From assembly GCF_006345805.1 (NCBI RefSeq), contig NC_043018.1, forward strand, positions 29,884,001 to 29,948,000: DNA of 64,000 nt, given 5' to 3'. The position numbers were made by a program, and so were the translations under genes. The notes below the pieces were generated by a model that saw only the letters and a program-made list of their open reading frames with translations, did no database searches and had not been told where the DNA came from. Source of the stretch: Octopus sinensis (Eukaryota). Position 1 is the stretch's first letter, and each line of letters begins with the position of its first letter. Shown one piece after another: positions 14,127 through 26,384 of the stretch.

Positions 14127-15800
14127 TTATGCACTACATCGTTGAAACCCGCCTACCGCATTCGGAAATATTGTTTTCAGTATGTGGTGTTGTGTTTGTG
14201 TTATGTGTAAAATTCTGATGTGCTTCGGTGATGTGGTGTGCGGATGATTGTTTGTCTTAAAGTCATCTTCACATGTGTCCGTGTTGGATGTGATGTAGTC
14301 CATTAATTCTTTATTGTCTGTGTCTATTGCAGTTAGTTGTGTGTGTGGTTTTACGGGTTCATTGCTTTTTTGATTGTCTAGGGGGATGTTGTCTGGAGTT
14401 AGATATCTCCCTGCTTTACTTCCTTGTTTGGTGGATTTTTTGGATCTTTTCCTTTTACCCCCTGTGGCTATTTGCCATTCCGTCGAACTGTCGTCGTCCG
14501 ACGTATCAGTATGGCGTAGAGGCAAAGCATTTGGATTCATATGTATGCTTGTAGAAATTGTTGATGTTTTGTGCGGTGTTTGTGTTGTTGTGGTGTTAGG
14601 CGTAGCATTTGTCTTCTGGTCACTGTTTTCTATCTTTTTAATTATCGTCCTCGGTGTGGGTGTTGGTCTATTTTTTGTTGATTCGACATGTTGAATTGTT
14701 TGTGACGTCAACGGTGATTGTGTTGGTACTGCTTTTTTTCTTGGTGATGTTTTTGGGGTTTGTTTGCTGGTTTGTTGTTTTTCTTGGCATTGTTCCATAA
14801 TTGAGTGTGTTGGTGTTGGTGTTGGCAACAAGGGTTTTTTATTTGTTTTCTGATTTGTTCTTTCTTGTTTTTTCTGTAACAGAGCGCACTTGGCAATTAA
14901 ATGTTCGGGGCTGCCACAGTTGTAGCATCTAGGCTTTTTGCCTTCTGCCACAACATATAGGCATTGCCCATTTTCCAAGTGGATCTTATCCGGTAGGCTC
15001 TCGATAGAGGCCTCCTCAATCTGTATGGTCACCACTATTGTCTTCCCAAGGTACACGGCGGTTTCCAAAATGTTGATATTTTTTAAATGGTAACAGATTG
15101 CCCCTGTTATCCATTTGTTAGGAATCTCGGGAGGTACATTTTTAATAGTGATTCGACTCACTCTCTGGTTTTTATAGTATGGGACCATGATGATTTCATC
15201 ATTTTCCAGAGACTCAGTAGAGTGAGCTTTTGCCTCTTCCTGGTTAGGGAAGCGGACCACTACTGTGTTAAACTGGGGACCCTAGTTTATATATTCCTTT
15301 TCTTTCATTATGTTTTTTAAGCATTTTTCTACATCTGTTTTTGTAATCTGTTCATTTAGTTTTTTGTTTTTCCTTATAATTTTATAAATAATTGTCTTAT
15401 TTTCTATTTCTTGCTTTATGTGTTGAGGTGTATGTAGCACTAAATCTTGCCCTCTGGTTGTAAGGAGAGATCTTGTTTCTAAAAGTTCTTCGTTCGTGAA
15501 ATGTATAATCTGTTTCTTCTGACGCAGAGTGTCAGCGAAATTTGTTGGTGCTGTTAATTCTGTTATATTAACATCTTCACTATTAGATAGTTCATTTTTA
15601 TTGTTGTTCTTGTTGTTCTTGTTGTTTTTGTCAATAGTTTTCGTGTGAGTTTTATTTTTATCATTTATGGTGGTGGTGGTGGTGGTGGAAGCAGTAGTAG
15701 TCTCGTGGTTGCTGTTGTTAGTGGTGGTGGTGGTGGTGGTGGTGGTGGTGACAGGGCTGTTACCGCACGTGGCTGCAGCGTTCATTCGACCGTCATTCAT
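14127..15800 (-). pseudogene. ORF1 (gag-like nucleic-acid-binding protein with zinc knuckle) of copy 1, one in-frame TAG
   Basis: ORFs 15282..15800 and 14127..15260 are in the same frame, separated by one TAG (EYIN*GPQFNTVVVRF). Knuckle CYNCGSPEHLIAKC (CX2CX4HX4C). Low-complexity T/N-rich N-terminus and P/T/K-rich C-terminus. Confidence 0.85.
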
Positions 15801-16106
15801 GTTTGCACTTTGCGTGCATGAGTTCTTTTTTTCTTCTCCTTTTCCAAACTAGGAAAATGCTGGTCCATAAAGGAACGTGACCAGCGTCCTACAATAAAAT
15901 TTCTCGACATTTTCTAATGTCGAGAAGAAAATTACAGAAATGAAACGGGCTTGAAACTGCCCCTAGGGGCGAATTCCTCCCTTGGAAAAGCACTCAAACG
16001 AAAGTTGGGTGCCTTACACACCTTATTTGCAAAAATGTACACAAAATATGGGCTATAAATAGTCAAAATAAACGATTACCTTCGGAGCCGAAGTGACAGC
16101 ACGTCC

Positions 16107-16220
<114 letters not shown>

Positions 16221-16749
16221 TCATACATACATATAAACATACATACATAAATACATACATACATACATACATTCGCTCACAAACCTACAAGCGAGTCAGT
16301 AAATTGTATAGAGACTAATTGATGATCATTAAAATTGTGGCTTTACATACAAAGAATAATTGTTCTTAAGTGTTTCAGACGACTTCCCTGGAGTAAAAGG
16401 CGGGCGCGTTCAATCCTGAAATATGGTTGCACGAACAACAGATTTCGTTCAATTCTAATCTCAGCTGTGTTATAACCAATTAAGCATTCGATCTATTTTA
16501 CCCAAAAGTTAATTGAAAATCAAAAGAAAACACAGAAACCGTTAGATTTGAAGGCACACACACATGCGTCTGTGTGTGTGTGTCTGTGTGTCTGTGTATG
16601 TGTGTATGTGTCTGTGTGGCGCGAGTGTCGGCCAACACATACCTACTTGAAAAAGTGCCATGAAAATCGAAACAAAGCTTGAGGTGTTCGACCAAAGATC
16701 GTTGATAAGAATTTTGAGACTGCACTGGAAAGAGAAAATAACGTTGTAG

Positions 16750-17095
16750 AGTGAGCGAACACAAGACCACTTAGCAAAATCATCACAGAACGAAAATTAA
16801 AACGAGCAAGTCACACTCCGACAACCAATTCTGAAACAGCTGTCAAGTCAAATAGATGCTATTGTCCATTTGTAATGAACAGAGAGAGGAAAACCGAAAA
16901 CAATAAATGGTGTAGGGCATTCATATACGGCATGTGAGGGACAGATATCTCATCGCAGGATGGGAGGAAAACTGCAGCCGACAGAAAACAGAGACATATG
17001 CTTGTTGGCCAATGTACTCGAGGGCACAAAAAGAACCGAGACAGAGCTGAACACCAGAAATACGGAGTCCGCCAAAATATTGTAGACACACTTCA
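16750..17095 (+). mobile_element. Possible decayed RTE-like LINE 3' fragment
   Basis: Translates ...SKIITERKLKRASH..., reminiscent of the RRLxWxGH motif; weak. Confidence 0.3.
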
Positions 17096-17346
17096 TGAAA
17101 GGAAAAAATCTTATAAATATTTAACTTGTATAAATAACTCTATAAATTTGGATGATTTGTCAAACTTTTGATGATTTGTCAAACTACCATAACACTAAAT
17201 AAATTGCAATCACTCTGAATTAAAATATTTATACTGATTTTTCCTTTCCTGAAGTGTATATATATATTTTTTTTTTTTTTTCCTTTGCAATTCTGTAGCT
17301 TCAGCTTTTGTTTTTCATGGTGTGGGCAAAAATAGGTATACAGTTG

Positions 17347-17760
17347 TTGACGGCGGCGAGCTGACAGAAACGTTAGCACGCCGGGCGAAATGCTTTGCGG
17401 TATTTCGTCTGGCGCTACGTTCTGAGTTCAAATTCCGGAGAGGTCGACTTTGCCTTTCATCCTTTCGGGATCGATTAAATAAGCACCAGTTACGTACTGG
17501 TGTCGATATAATCGACTTAATCCGTTTGTCTGTTCTTGTTTGTCCTCTTTGTGTTTAGCCCCTCGTGGGTAGTAAAGAAATAGGTATTTCGTCTGCCGCT
17601 ACGTTCTGAGTTCAAATTCCGCCGAGGTCGACTTTGCCTTTCATCCTTTCGGGTCGATAAATTAAGTACCAGTTACGCACTGGGGTCGATATAATCGACT
17701 TAATCCGTTTGTCTGTCCTTGTTAGTCCTCTCTGTGTTTAGCTCATTGTGGGTAATAAAG
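17347..17760 (+). mobile_element. tRNA-derived SINE (family with GCCTTTCATCCTTTCGGGGTCGATAAA central domain), head-to-tail dimer
   Basis: A/B-box-like head GGCGGCGAGCTGACAGAAACGTTAGC...GAGTTCAAATTCC; 17-bp TSD AAATAGGTATACAGTTG at 17330-17346 and 17761-17777. Confidence 0.85.
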
Positions 17761-18510
17761 AAATAGGTATACAGTTGCTTGGTCAAATTTCCAGGCGAAT
17801 AATAAATATCTGAAAATGGGAATAATTATTTCATGATAGATAGAATTAGTTAAAAAGAAAATAGAATCATTGAATTCTTATCCTAAGGAAAAGAAATAGA
17901 GAAATGAGAATACTACTCCACTCATAAGAAATAATTGTATGCCTACGTTTACCCCCACCACTATCTGTATGTGTGTTTCTGTACACCACAAGTAAGCTGA
18001 TATATATGCAAGTATTCGGTTACTAACATCCGTTTTATATCAGGTGGTAGTAACCCTAGAAATGCTAGATATAGCAACTACGACTATCTTACTTAGATTC
18101 ACTTGCATTTTATAAACGACAGATTTCACGTCATTTTAGGTGTAAGCTGTACAGAGAAATCAAAGCAAGTACCACGTGATGTGATGAAAGTATCTTGCGG
18201 AAAACTTACAAACCATAATGCTATTATCTGTGACAATTATTGTAGTACTAAAACTATCTATCTCACTAACTGTCGTTTGGGTCTGAACTAAATTCATATT
18301 TTCTCTCTATCTTTCTCTCCTTCTCTCCGTCCCTGGCCCCCTCTCTCTCTCTCTCTTTCTCATTCACTCACTCGCTCGCTTTCTCTCTCTCTCTTTGCGT
18401 AAAAAATTTCAACGCATTCATTCTGAAACACACATGTGTTTATTATGTTTCTGTGAGTGCGTTTGAATTAAATAGATAAATGTGCTTCTTTATATGACAC
18501 ACAATTACAA

Positions 18511-18580
<70 letters not shown>

Positions 18581-18807
18581 TAGATAGAGATATAGATAAT
18601 GTTATATATGCTTATACATATAGAAAGACAGGCACGACCATACATGCATATATAACTGCATACATTCATATACACACACACATATACATATATATACATG
18701 AATGTACACAGAGTTGAATGTGTAAATATAAATGTATGCGTACATATATATATATATAGATATGAATTTATACAGAGCTACATGTATAAATATATATGTA
18801 TAGGAGT

Positions 18808-18861
<54 letters not shown>

Positions 18862-19756
18862 TGTATATACATATGTTCATATACGTATATATGTATTTAT
18901 GTATAATGTATATGCATATATACGCATAACCATAATTTATTATTGAAAGTGTTTTCGGCAAATATTTTGTTGAAAGCGAGCTGTCATAATTCCCACAAGC
19001 AACACTCAATCATATCAAATATATATACCTTTCTCCACCTGAATGAAGAAATCTATGTTGTTACACCAATGGATAAACGTATTTTAATTCTTGCTATACT
19101 TCAATTCAACACCTGAAATACCACGTTTCCTTGCAAAAAAAAGCTTTACTAATCACATTTAAAAATGAAGCGAAGGAACTTGTAGTCGTCGTTATTGTTG
19201 CTGGGGTATCAACTGCCTTTCTTCTTCTTGTTGTTAAGCCAAAGTGCGCTGTGATCACAGAACGATGGCCGTGATTCTACACCATAATATCTATTGCTGT
19301 TGCTATTGTTGTCTTCTTCTTCTTCATCTTCTTCTACTTCTTTTTTCTTCCTCCTCCTCCTCTTCCTCCTCTTCTTCTTTTTTCTTCCTTCTCCTCCTCC
19401 TCCTCTTCTTCTTCTTCTTTTCCTACTTCTTCTTTTCTTCCTTCTCCTCCTCCTCCTCCTCCTCTTTTTCTTCTTTTTCTTCCAATCAGGACTCACGCCA
19501 TTGGCCATAAAGAATAATCTCTAATTCGAGCCCACTCTAAGCTACTAAGAATGCATGCGGCAAATTGAAGATCGACCCACCACACGCGATAGACGGGCGG
19601 TTGCACGGGCGCAAAAGCTACGTTGTTATCCTCATTCCGTAAAAGGTGGTTTTTAACGGGTGGAGAGCTGAACTATCCTGGGGTACAGAGGATTCGCAAT
19701 CTAGACTAGGGTCTGTAAGTTTTACCACACCATAGTAGGCTGCACTATGGTTCCTC

Positions 19757-19959
19757 TGCTTTGTGGCAGAAGTAGGAAGAAAGAGTGAGAGAAAGTTGTT
19801 GTGAAAGAGTACAGCGGGATTCACCACCACTCCCCGACGGAGCCTCGTGGAGTTTTTGTGTTTTTGCTCAATAAACACTCACAATGCCTGGTCTGGGAAT
19901 CGAAACCGCGTTCTTACGACCGCGAGTCCACTGCCCTAACCATGGGCCATTGCGCCTCC
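19757..19959 (-). mobile_element. tRNA-derived SINE, fourth family (other copies 53700-53926; split copy 42724-42970 + 43441-43485)
   Basis: Minus-strand head GGAGGCGCAATGGCCC(A)GTGGTTAGGGCAGTGGACTCGCGGTC...GGTTTCGATTCCC. Confidence 0.8.
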
Positions 19960-19988
19960 ACTTGCTGCTGCTATTGATTTTATTGCCG

Positions 19989-20203
19989 AAACGGTAGCAC
20001 GCCAGGCGAAATGCGAAGCCGTATTTCGTTTGCCGTTACGTTCTGAGTTCAAATTCCGCCGAGGTTGACTTTGCCTTTCATCCTTTCGGGGTCGATAAAT
20101 TAAGTACCAGTTACGCACTGGGGTCGATGGAATCGACTTAATCCCTTTGTCTTTCCTTGTTTGTCCCCTCTGTGTTTAGCCCCTTGTGGGTAGTAAAGAA
20201 ATA
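19989..20203 (+). mobile_element. 5'-truncated SINE of the same family
   Basis: 17-bp TSD TATTGATTTTATTGCCG at 19972-19988 and 20204-20220. Confidence 0.85.
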
Positions 20204-20878
20204 TATTGATTTTATTGCCGTTGTGAGATCTGTTGCTTACCCAATGTTTTCTGCAGTCGTTCTTTACCATATTTTTTTCTTTTGCCTATGGACCCCTATA
20301 ATTCCTATCTTACTCAGGAAAGCGGAAGAATCTCATAGCCATTCAAAGTCTAAAACTCTTACTATATTTTTATAATTAAATATTATTAGGTAAAGCGTAA
20401 AAGGAAGTTTAACTATGTTATATGTTACAACTAGATTATTACTCATAAATTTTAACGACAAAATTTCGTATGGATCCCTGAAGGCCCTGGTTGAGGAGTG
20501 ATATACCTGCATAACATTTCCTCCATGTTTTGCTGCGGGTCTTGTTTGCTACGATTACAGGTATGATCAAAAGTCCTCCGATCATTGAGTATCAATCATA
20601 GAAGAATTTGCTTAAAAATATATTTATTAGCGACAGAGGCTGTACCAATACTGAGGGGTAATATTTATCTTCACTTAAACGTGAATGTTCCGTTAGAACA
20701 AACTATATTTTGGTAGTAACCATGAAAGGAACTCTCGTATGGGTTTTTTGGTGCAAAATGCACTCTTCTTTATATCGCTTGTAAAGAGATAATTAATTCC
20801 CCAACACCTCCATCACCGAGATCCCCAGACCATGCAATTTCGACCTCTCTTGGTTTTATCAATGATGGACGAATGACA

Positions 20879-21075
20879 GCTAGAGATGATATTTACGTAT
20901 CGCTAGAAAGGTTAGCGATTGCTAGAGATGATTTTACGTACCGCTAGAGATAGCAGAGATTGCTAGACAAAGCAGCGACCACTAGAGATAGCAGCGATCG
21001 CTAGAGATAGCAGCAATCGCTTGAGATAGCAACGATTACTAGAGATAGCAGCGACCGCTAGAGAAACTAGCGATA
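20879..21075 (+). repeat. 19-bp minisatellite, ~10 units
   Basis: Unit approx GCTAGAGATAGCAGCGATC, with two longer variant units at the left end. Confidence 0.85.
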
Positions 21076-21738
21076 TATAGAACAACAGTGACAGAACAGG
21101 CTCTGGTGTCGCAGTTAACCAGTGATCTTTTAAAGCTATATTATCGCCTGTATACTTTTTACTTGTTTCACTTTTACATTATCTTTTACCTGTTTCACTT
21201 TTACATTATCTCTTACTTGTTTCAGTCATTGGAATCCGGTCAAGCTGGAGCACTGCTTCAAAGGTTTAGTCAATGAAATTGACACCAGTACTGTTTTGTC
21301 TTGCTTTGTCTTATTTTTGTTTTTTTTTAACTCGTGCTTATTCCATCAGTCGTGCTTATTCCATGCTTATTACCAAACTGTTAGTCGCTTATACCTAAGA
21401 TTAGCGAAACAGGCATATCACCATCGGTTGTCAAACACAAGCGCAAAGAGGTTGATTCCCTTGACTCTAACTTAATTTTAGGTGTTTTTTTACGCTAGGT
21501 GCATAAAGAATATATTCTCTTAATCCTAAAAACCGCAGCTGACCCACGAACTAACAACTCACATACATTGTGTACGTGTGTTCGATTTTGTTTAAATCAG
21601 TTGAGCTGCTTCTAATTTACATTTGAATTATATGTATGTATGTATATGTGCGTGTGTGTATGTAGGTATGTATGTATATATTTATGCATATGGCACATAT
21701 ATACCTGCAGTATCCTGCCACACCATTACCTTCATTGG

Positions 21739-21787
<49 letters not shown>

Positions 21788-22085
21788 TGTATGTATGTAT
21801 GTATGTATGTATATATATATATATTATATTATATATATATATATACATACATATATGAACATGTTTAATTTCTGTATTCCTGTTTGTATCACGAACCCTA
21901 TATGTTGTGTGTAGAGTGTATGAATGTGTGTGTGTGTAAGTGTGTATTTGAGGCGATGCATCAGAATTAGAAATTTCGAGAGAACATGACATAATTCGTT
22001 TTAACATTTGAAGTCGATAAAGCAATAAACAATACCGTATTGATATAACGCATTACGTAATGATATGCCTAGCTCTATTGATTCC

Positions 22086-22140
<55 letters not shown>

Positions 22141-22143
<3 letters not shown>

Positions 22144-23619
22144 CAAAAAGGGAAACAAGTCCCTTGCAGTGAATTACCGTCCGATCTCACTCACTCTCAT
22201 ATCATCAAGGTATTTGAGAGGGTGGTGAGATCTCGAATAACCCAATTCCTGGAAAGCAACAGACGGCTGATCTCCAACCAACATGGGTTCCGTAATGGAA
22301 GGGACTGCCTAACGCAGCTCCTGCATCACTTTGAGGACATTTTGAGAGCTTTGGGAGAGGGCTCCACACCGATGTCATCTACCTTGATTTCAGTAAGGCC
22401 TTCGACAGGGTCGATCACAAGATCCTATTGAAAAAAACTATCCAACATGGTGTCTCTGGAAAGTTACTGAAATGGATTAAGTGTTTCCTGACAGACAGAT
22501 CTCAACATGTTGTTTGAAGGGGTTAAAATCAAGCCCAGCCAAAGTCAGTAGTGGCGTTCCGCAAGGCACTGTGCTGGGCCCACTTCTTTTCATCATTTAC
22601 ATTAATGACATTAATGACATCATCAAGCACAGCAACATAAAAATCTTTGCAGATGACTCCAAGCTACAGAAGGTCATAAATGAGGCGAGTGACCGGACAT
22701 GCCTTCAGTCAGATCTACTGGCTGTTATCCAATGGGCAGAAAAAAACAATATGCTGCTGAACGAGGATAAATTTGAGCTAATCCACTTTGGAAAAGAGGA
22801 TGCCCTGAAACTCCCTACTCCTTCCTTCAGGTGAAACTCTCGCGCGTCCAACAACATCAGAGACTTGGGAGTAATGTGGACAACAACGTAAGCTGGGCCA
22901 CTCATGTAAACACCAAAGTTGACATGGCCCGCAGAATGTGTTCCTGGATTCTCAGAACTTTCCAGTCGAGAGATATCCACACCATTATCCTTCTCTTCTC
23001 CACTTTTGGCCCGACCCCACCTTGAATACTGTTGTCCACTGTGGTCTCCCCACACAATACAAGGTATCATAAAGTTGAAGCACCTCAAAGGGCAATCACA
23101 AAAAAGATAGATGGCATGACAGGCCTCGACTATTGGGGTCGACTAGAAAAGCTAAAACTCTATTCTCTCCAACGTCGTCGTGAGCGCTACATCATCTGCA
23201 TGATGTGGAAAATATTCCATCAGCATTGCCCAAATGATGTTTGCATCACCTTTAAGGTACATCCAAGGCTTGGCCCCGTGCCATCCGCCCAAAAACAAAA
23301 ATCGCACTCTCATCTCATAACAACAATACGGCACAATTATTTCACCTCAATTGGCCCCGCTCTCTTTAACATTACACCAAAACACATTAAAACAGAAACT
23401 GACCCTATAGGGTTCAGAGGTCTTTGGACAGATTCCTTCAAGAAATCCCGGATAAACCCCCTACACCCGGATATGTCTCTGTAAACAATAACTCTCTACT
23501 TGAGTGGGCCTAGTGCCCAAATTCTGACTTGAAAGACTTCACCAGGTGGTGCTATTAAGTTAGACATGGCCTGGCCAATAATGGCCGAAACCTATCAAAG
23601 TATCAAAGTAATCAAAGTA
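22141..23619 (+). mobile_element. 5'-truncated CR1-like LINE (RT C-terminal half + 3' UTR), frameshifted
   Basis: SGVPQGTVLGPLLFIIYIND, FADDSKL, RPHLEYCCPLWSPH, LYSLQRRRER. 3' tail of 8-bp repeats (TATCAAAG)n. Flanked by TA-rich repeats. Confidence 0.88.
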
Positions 23620-23815
23620 TATTATATAATATATATGTATATATATATTATATGTATGTGTATATATATATATATAATATACATACATACATATATACAT
23701 GTACCTACACAAACTATTTATACATATATATGCCTATACATATATAAACTTATTATATACATGCATGCATATATATATGTAATGCATATAAACATAATAT
23801 ATCTATATATATATA

Positions 23816-23851
<36 letters not shown>

Positions 23852-24432
23852 GTGTGTGTGTGTGTTATGCATGTATATATGGATGTATGTATTGCTGTAT
23901 ACCTAACAAGTAATATGGATATTTATTTTCTAAATCTCAGTGTAACTCATAATTCATACTTTTATCTGTAAATATTAAATAGTACTAGCATTTCTATAGA
24001 ATTTACTAAATCATATCACTACATAAATATATAACTATAAATACGTGTGTATGTGTCTTGAAGTAAGTGTGCACGTGTGTCTGTATATGTGTATATTTTT
24101 AATAAAAAAATACTCAAATAATGCAATAAACTAATCGGTGTATTTGTTGTGTAAATATACAACTGTTTGTAAATCTGTTTGTATTATATTGTCAATTGAT
24201 ATGTTTCTTGGTTGCTATTCAAAGTTTTCCTAGTTGTCTACAAAATAAATCTTCCTTGTTTGATCACATTTTTTTAATGGCATCCTTTTGGAAAAAAATA
24301 TATATATTCAATTGTTGTTATTGAATAGAAGTATATATACATTAGCTCTCCATTCATCTTTACATATCATTGTATCTACCTATACTCTGCGTGTGTGTAT
24401 GTATATATATATATATATATATAATATATATA

Positions 24433-24472
<40 letters not shown>

Positions 24473-24582
24473 AATGTGTATACACACATACATACATGCA
24501 CACACATACGTATATACATAGATATGCTTATATTTATGTATGCCTGTATGTTTGTATGCATGTATATATATGTGTGTGTATG

Positions 24583-24623
<41 letters not shown>

Positions 24624-25514
24624 ATACACACACATACATACATACACATACACATACACAAATAGATACACATGCACATATTTATGTATGCATTATATTA
24701 CATATGTATATATATATATGTATATTATGTATATGTATATACTTAAACATATAGGTGTATGCATACATACATATTTGCATGTATATATACGTATATATAT
24801 GTATATATACATATAAATGCGTGTCTTTGTATGTGTGAGTACTTGTGTGTGTATGTATGTATGTATGTATGTATGTATGTAGGTAGGTAGGTAGGTAGGT
24901 AGGTAGGTAGGTAGGTAGGTAGGGAGGGAGGGAGGTAGGAAGGTATTTAAGTAGGTATGTATATGCATATCGCACGGTATGTATGTATATGTACATAGTT
25001 GATCCATCTATCTATAGTGAAAATCTAATGTAAATTGTATTTAAGTAAAAAATGGATATATGCCATTGTTTACACGTATGTACACGCATAATTACACGTA
25101 TGCGTATGTGTATACAGGTGTTCGCATGTATGCGCCTGTAGAAAGTCATATGCTACCGTTTGTTTTCATACATGGAATAAGAGAAAGTTGAATTGAAATA
25201 AATATAGAATATTTACATTTATATTTTTCTACAAAGTTTTGTGTGTATATCATTAAAAATAAGTGATGTGTATACGTAAGAATCTAAGTATGTATAGATA
25301 GGAACACACACATACACACACACACTCATATCTATATAAATAGATAGAGAGAAAGATAGAGAGAGAAAAAAAGAGAGAGAGATTGTTTATAACGCAATAT
25401 AAAATTACACACATTCACGAACCCAAACACATACGTTGTCTCAACCCCCACGCCATACAACTGTTAAGTATTCATGTTTATATGTATATGTTTACATATA
25501 ATGCATGTGCGTGT

Positions 25515-25576
<62 letters not shown>

Positions 25577-25589
25577 CCTCTGCCCGGCA

Positions 25590-25786
25590 TTCGCCATGAT
25601 AGGTCGGTAGCCACTACACACATTTTATTCTCTCCTTGTTTGTCCTCTTGTTCTTTCTGTGTTACTTTCTGTAGAAGAGCGTAAGCTCGAAACATTAAAG
25701 ACGTTTTCAATTCCCGAACGCTATACTAATATATCTGTTTGTTTTCTACGGCACCTGTCTTGGTCAGTTTTTTTTTCGTGAATTCT

Positions 25787-25792
<6 letters not shown>
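25590..25792 (+). repeat. Dispersed repeat family G (other copies 26820-26965, 28657-28830, 50925-51005, 57445-57643)
   Basis: Shared core CTTTCTGTAGAAGAGCGTAGGCTCGAAACG and flank GAAGACAGGTGGTGTA...GATGTATTAGTAT. Confidence 0.8.
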
Positions 25793-25821
<29 letters not shown>

Positions 25822-26017
25822 TTTAAAAGTTACGGTAAAAATTAAATATCAATATTTTACCAGCGAACAGCGTATGTAAAAGTATCCGTACAATGCAAAT
25901 ATTATTATATTATATATGTGTATGAGTTATACACTGTGGGAAAACCACTAAATGGTTTTCCATCACGCTAGAAATGGGATTTAACTCCCATTTCTAGCGT
26001 GAGGGAAAACTACATAT

Positions 26018-26100
<83 letters not shown>

Positions 26101-26342
26101 AAATATATATGTAATAGAAATATTAAAATTACTAAGTCTCTATAAAAGAGATTACGGCAGCGTTTACTGGAAATTAATTGTTATCGCCATATTAATATGG
26201 CATTCTTATAGATATAAGAATAATCGCTGCCATGGTCAGCTCCATGAGGCCACCGCCATCAAGATAGCTATTGATACACGATCTGTATCCATTATAACCT
26301 TCGAACAAGGGAGGTCAGCCGCTTCACACTGCCAGTCCGACA

Positions 26343-26384
26343 GCTACAGACGCGTTTCGGGGTATTGCCCCTTGTCAATGTAGC
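26343..26384 (-). ncRNA. Type I hammerhead ribozyme, U3:A8 core variant, palindromic stem III
   Basis: GCUACA-UUGACAA-GGGG(CAAUA)CCCC-GAAA-CGCG-UC^-UGUAGC: 6-bp stem I, 4-bp stem II, ACGCGU palindrome, GUC cleavage triplet. Confidence 0.85.

Larger units (their letters stand above)
10537..16106 (-). mobile_element. Apparently full-length L1/Tx1-type non-LTR retrotransposon, copy 1 (ORF1 + EN/RT ORF2, disrupted)
   Basis: Minus strand carries a CCHC ORF1, then APE endonuclease, RT (PGLDGLP, FRPITLLNADLK, QGCPLS, YADD) and C-terminal segment. AATAAA at 10546-10541 is followed directly by (TATC)n. The 5' end abuts (GATA)n at 16107. Confidence 0.9.

Noticed and set aside
15261-15284. Programmed stop-codon readthrough in ORF1 (TAG GGT CCC)
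   Set aside because: The TAG aligns with an Arg in the homologous ORF at 31.7 kb and lies mid-domain; a nonsense mutation or sequencing error is simpler.
20879-21075. CRISPR-like array
   Set aside because: Units are contiguous with no unique spacers, there are no cas genes, and the context is eukaryotic.
23520-23619. GGCC-AATAAT-GGCC-GAAAC at the CR1 3' end as a hammerhead
   Set aside because: No CUGANGA/UUGANAA core upstream; more likely the ordinary 3' stem-loop of the LINE.
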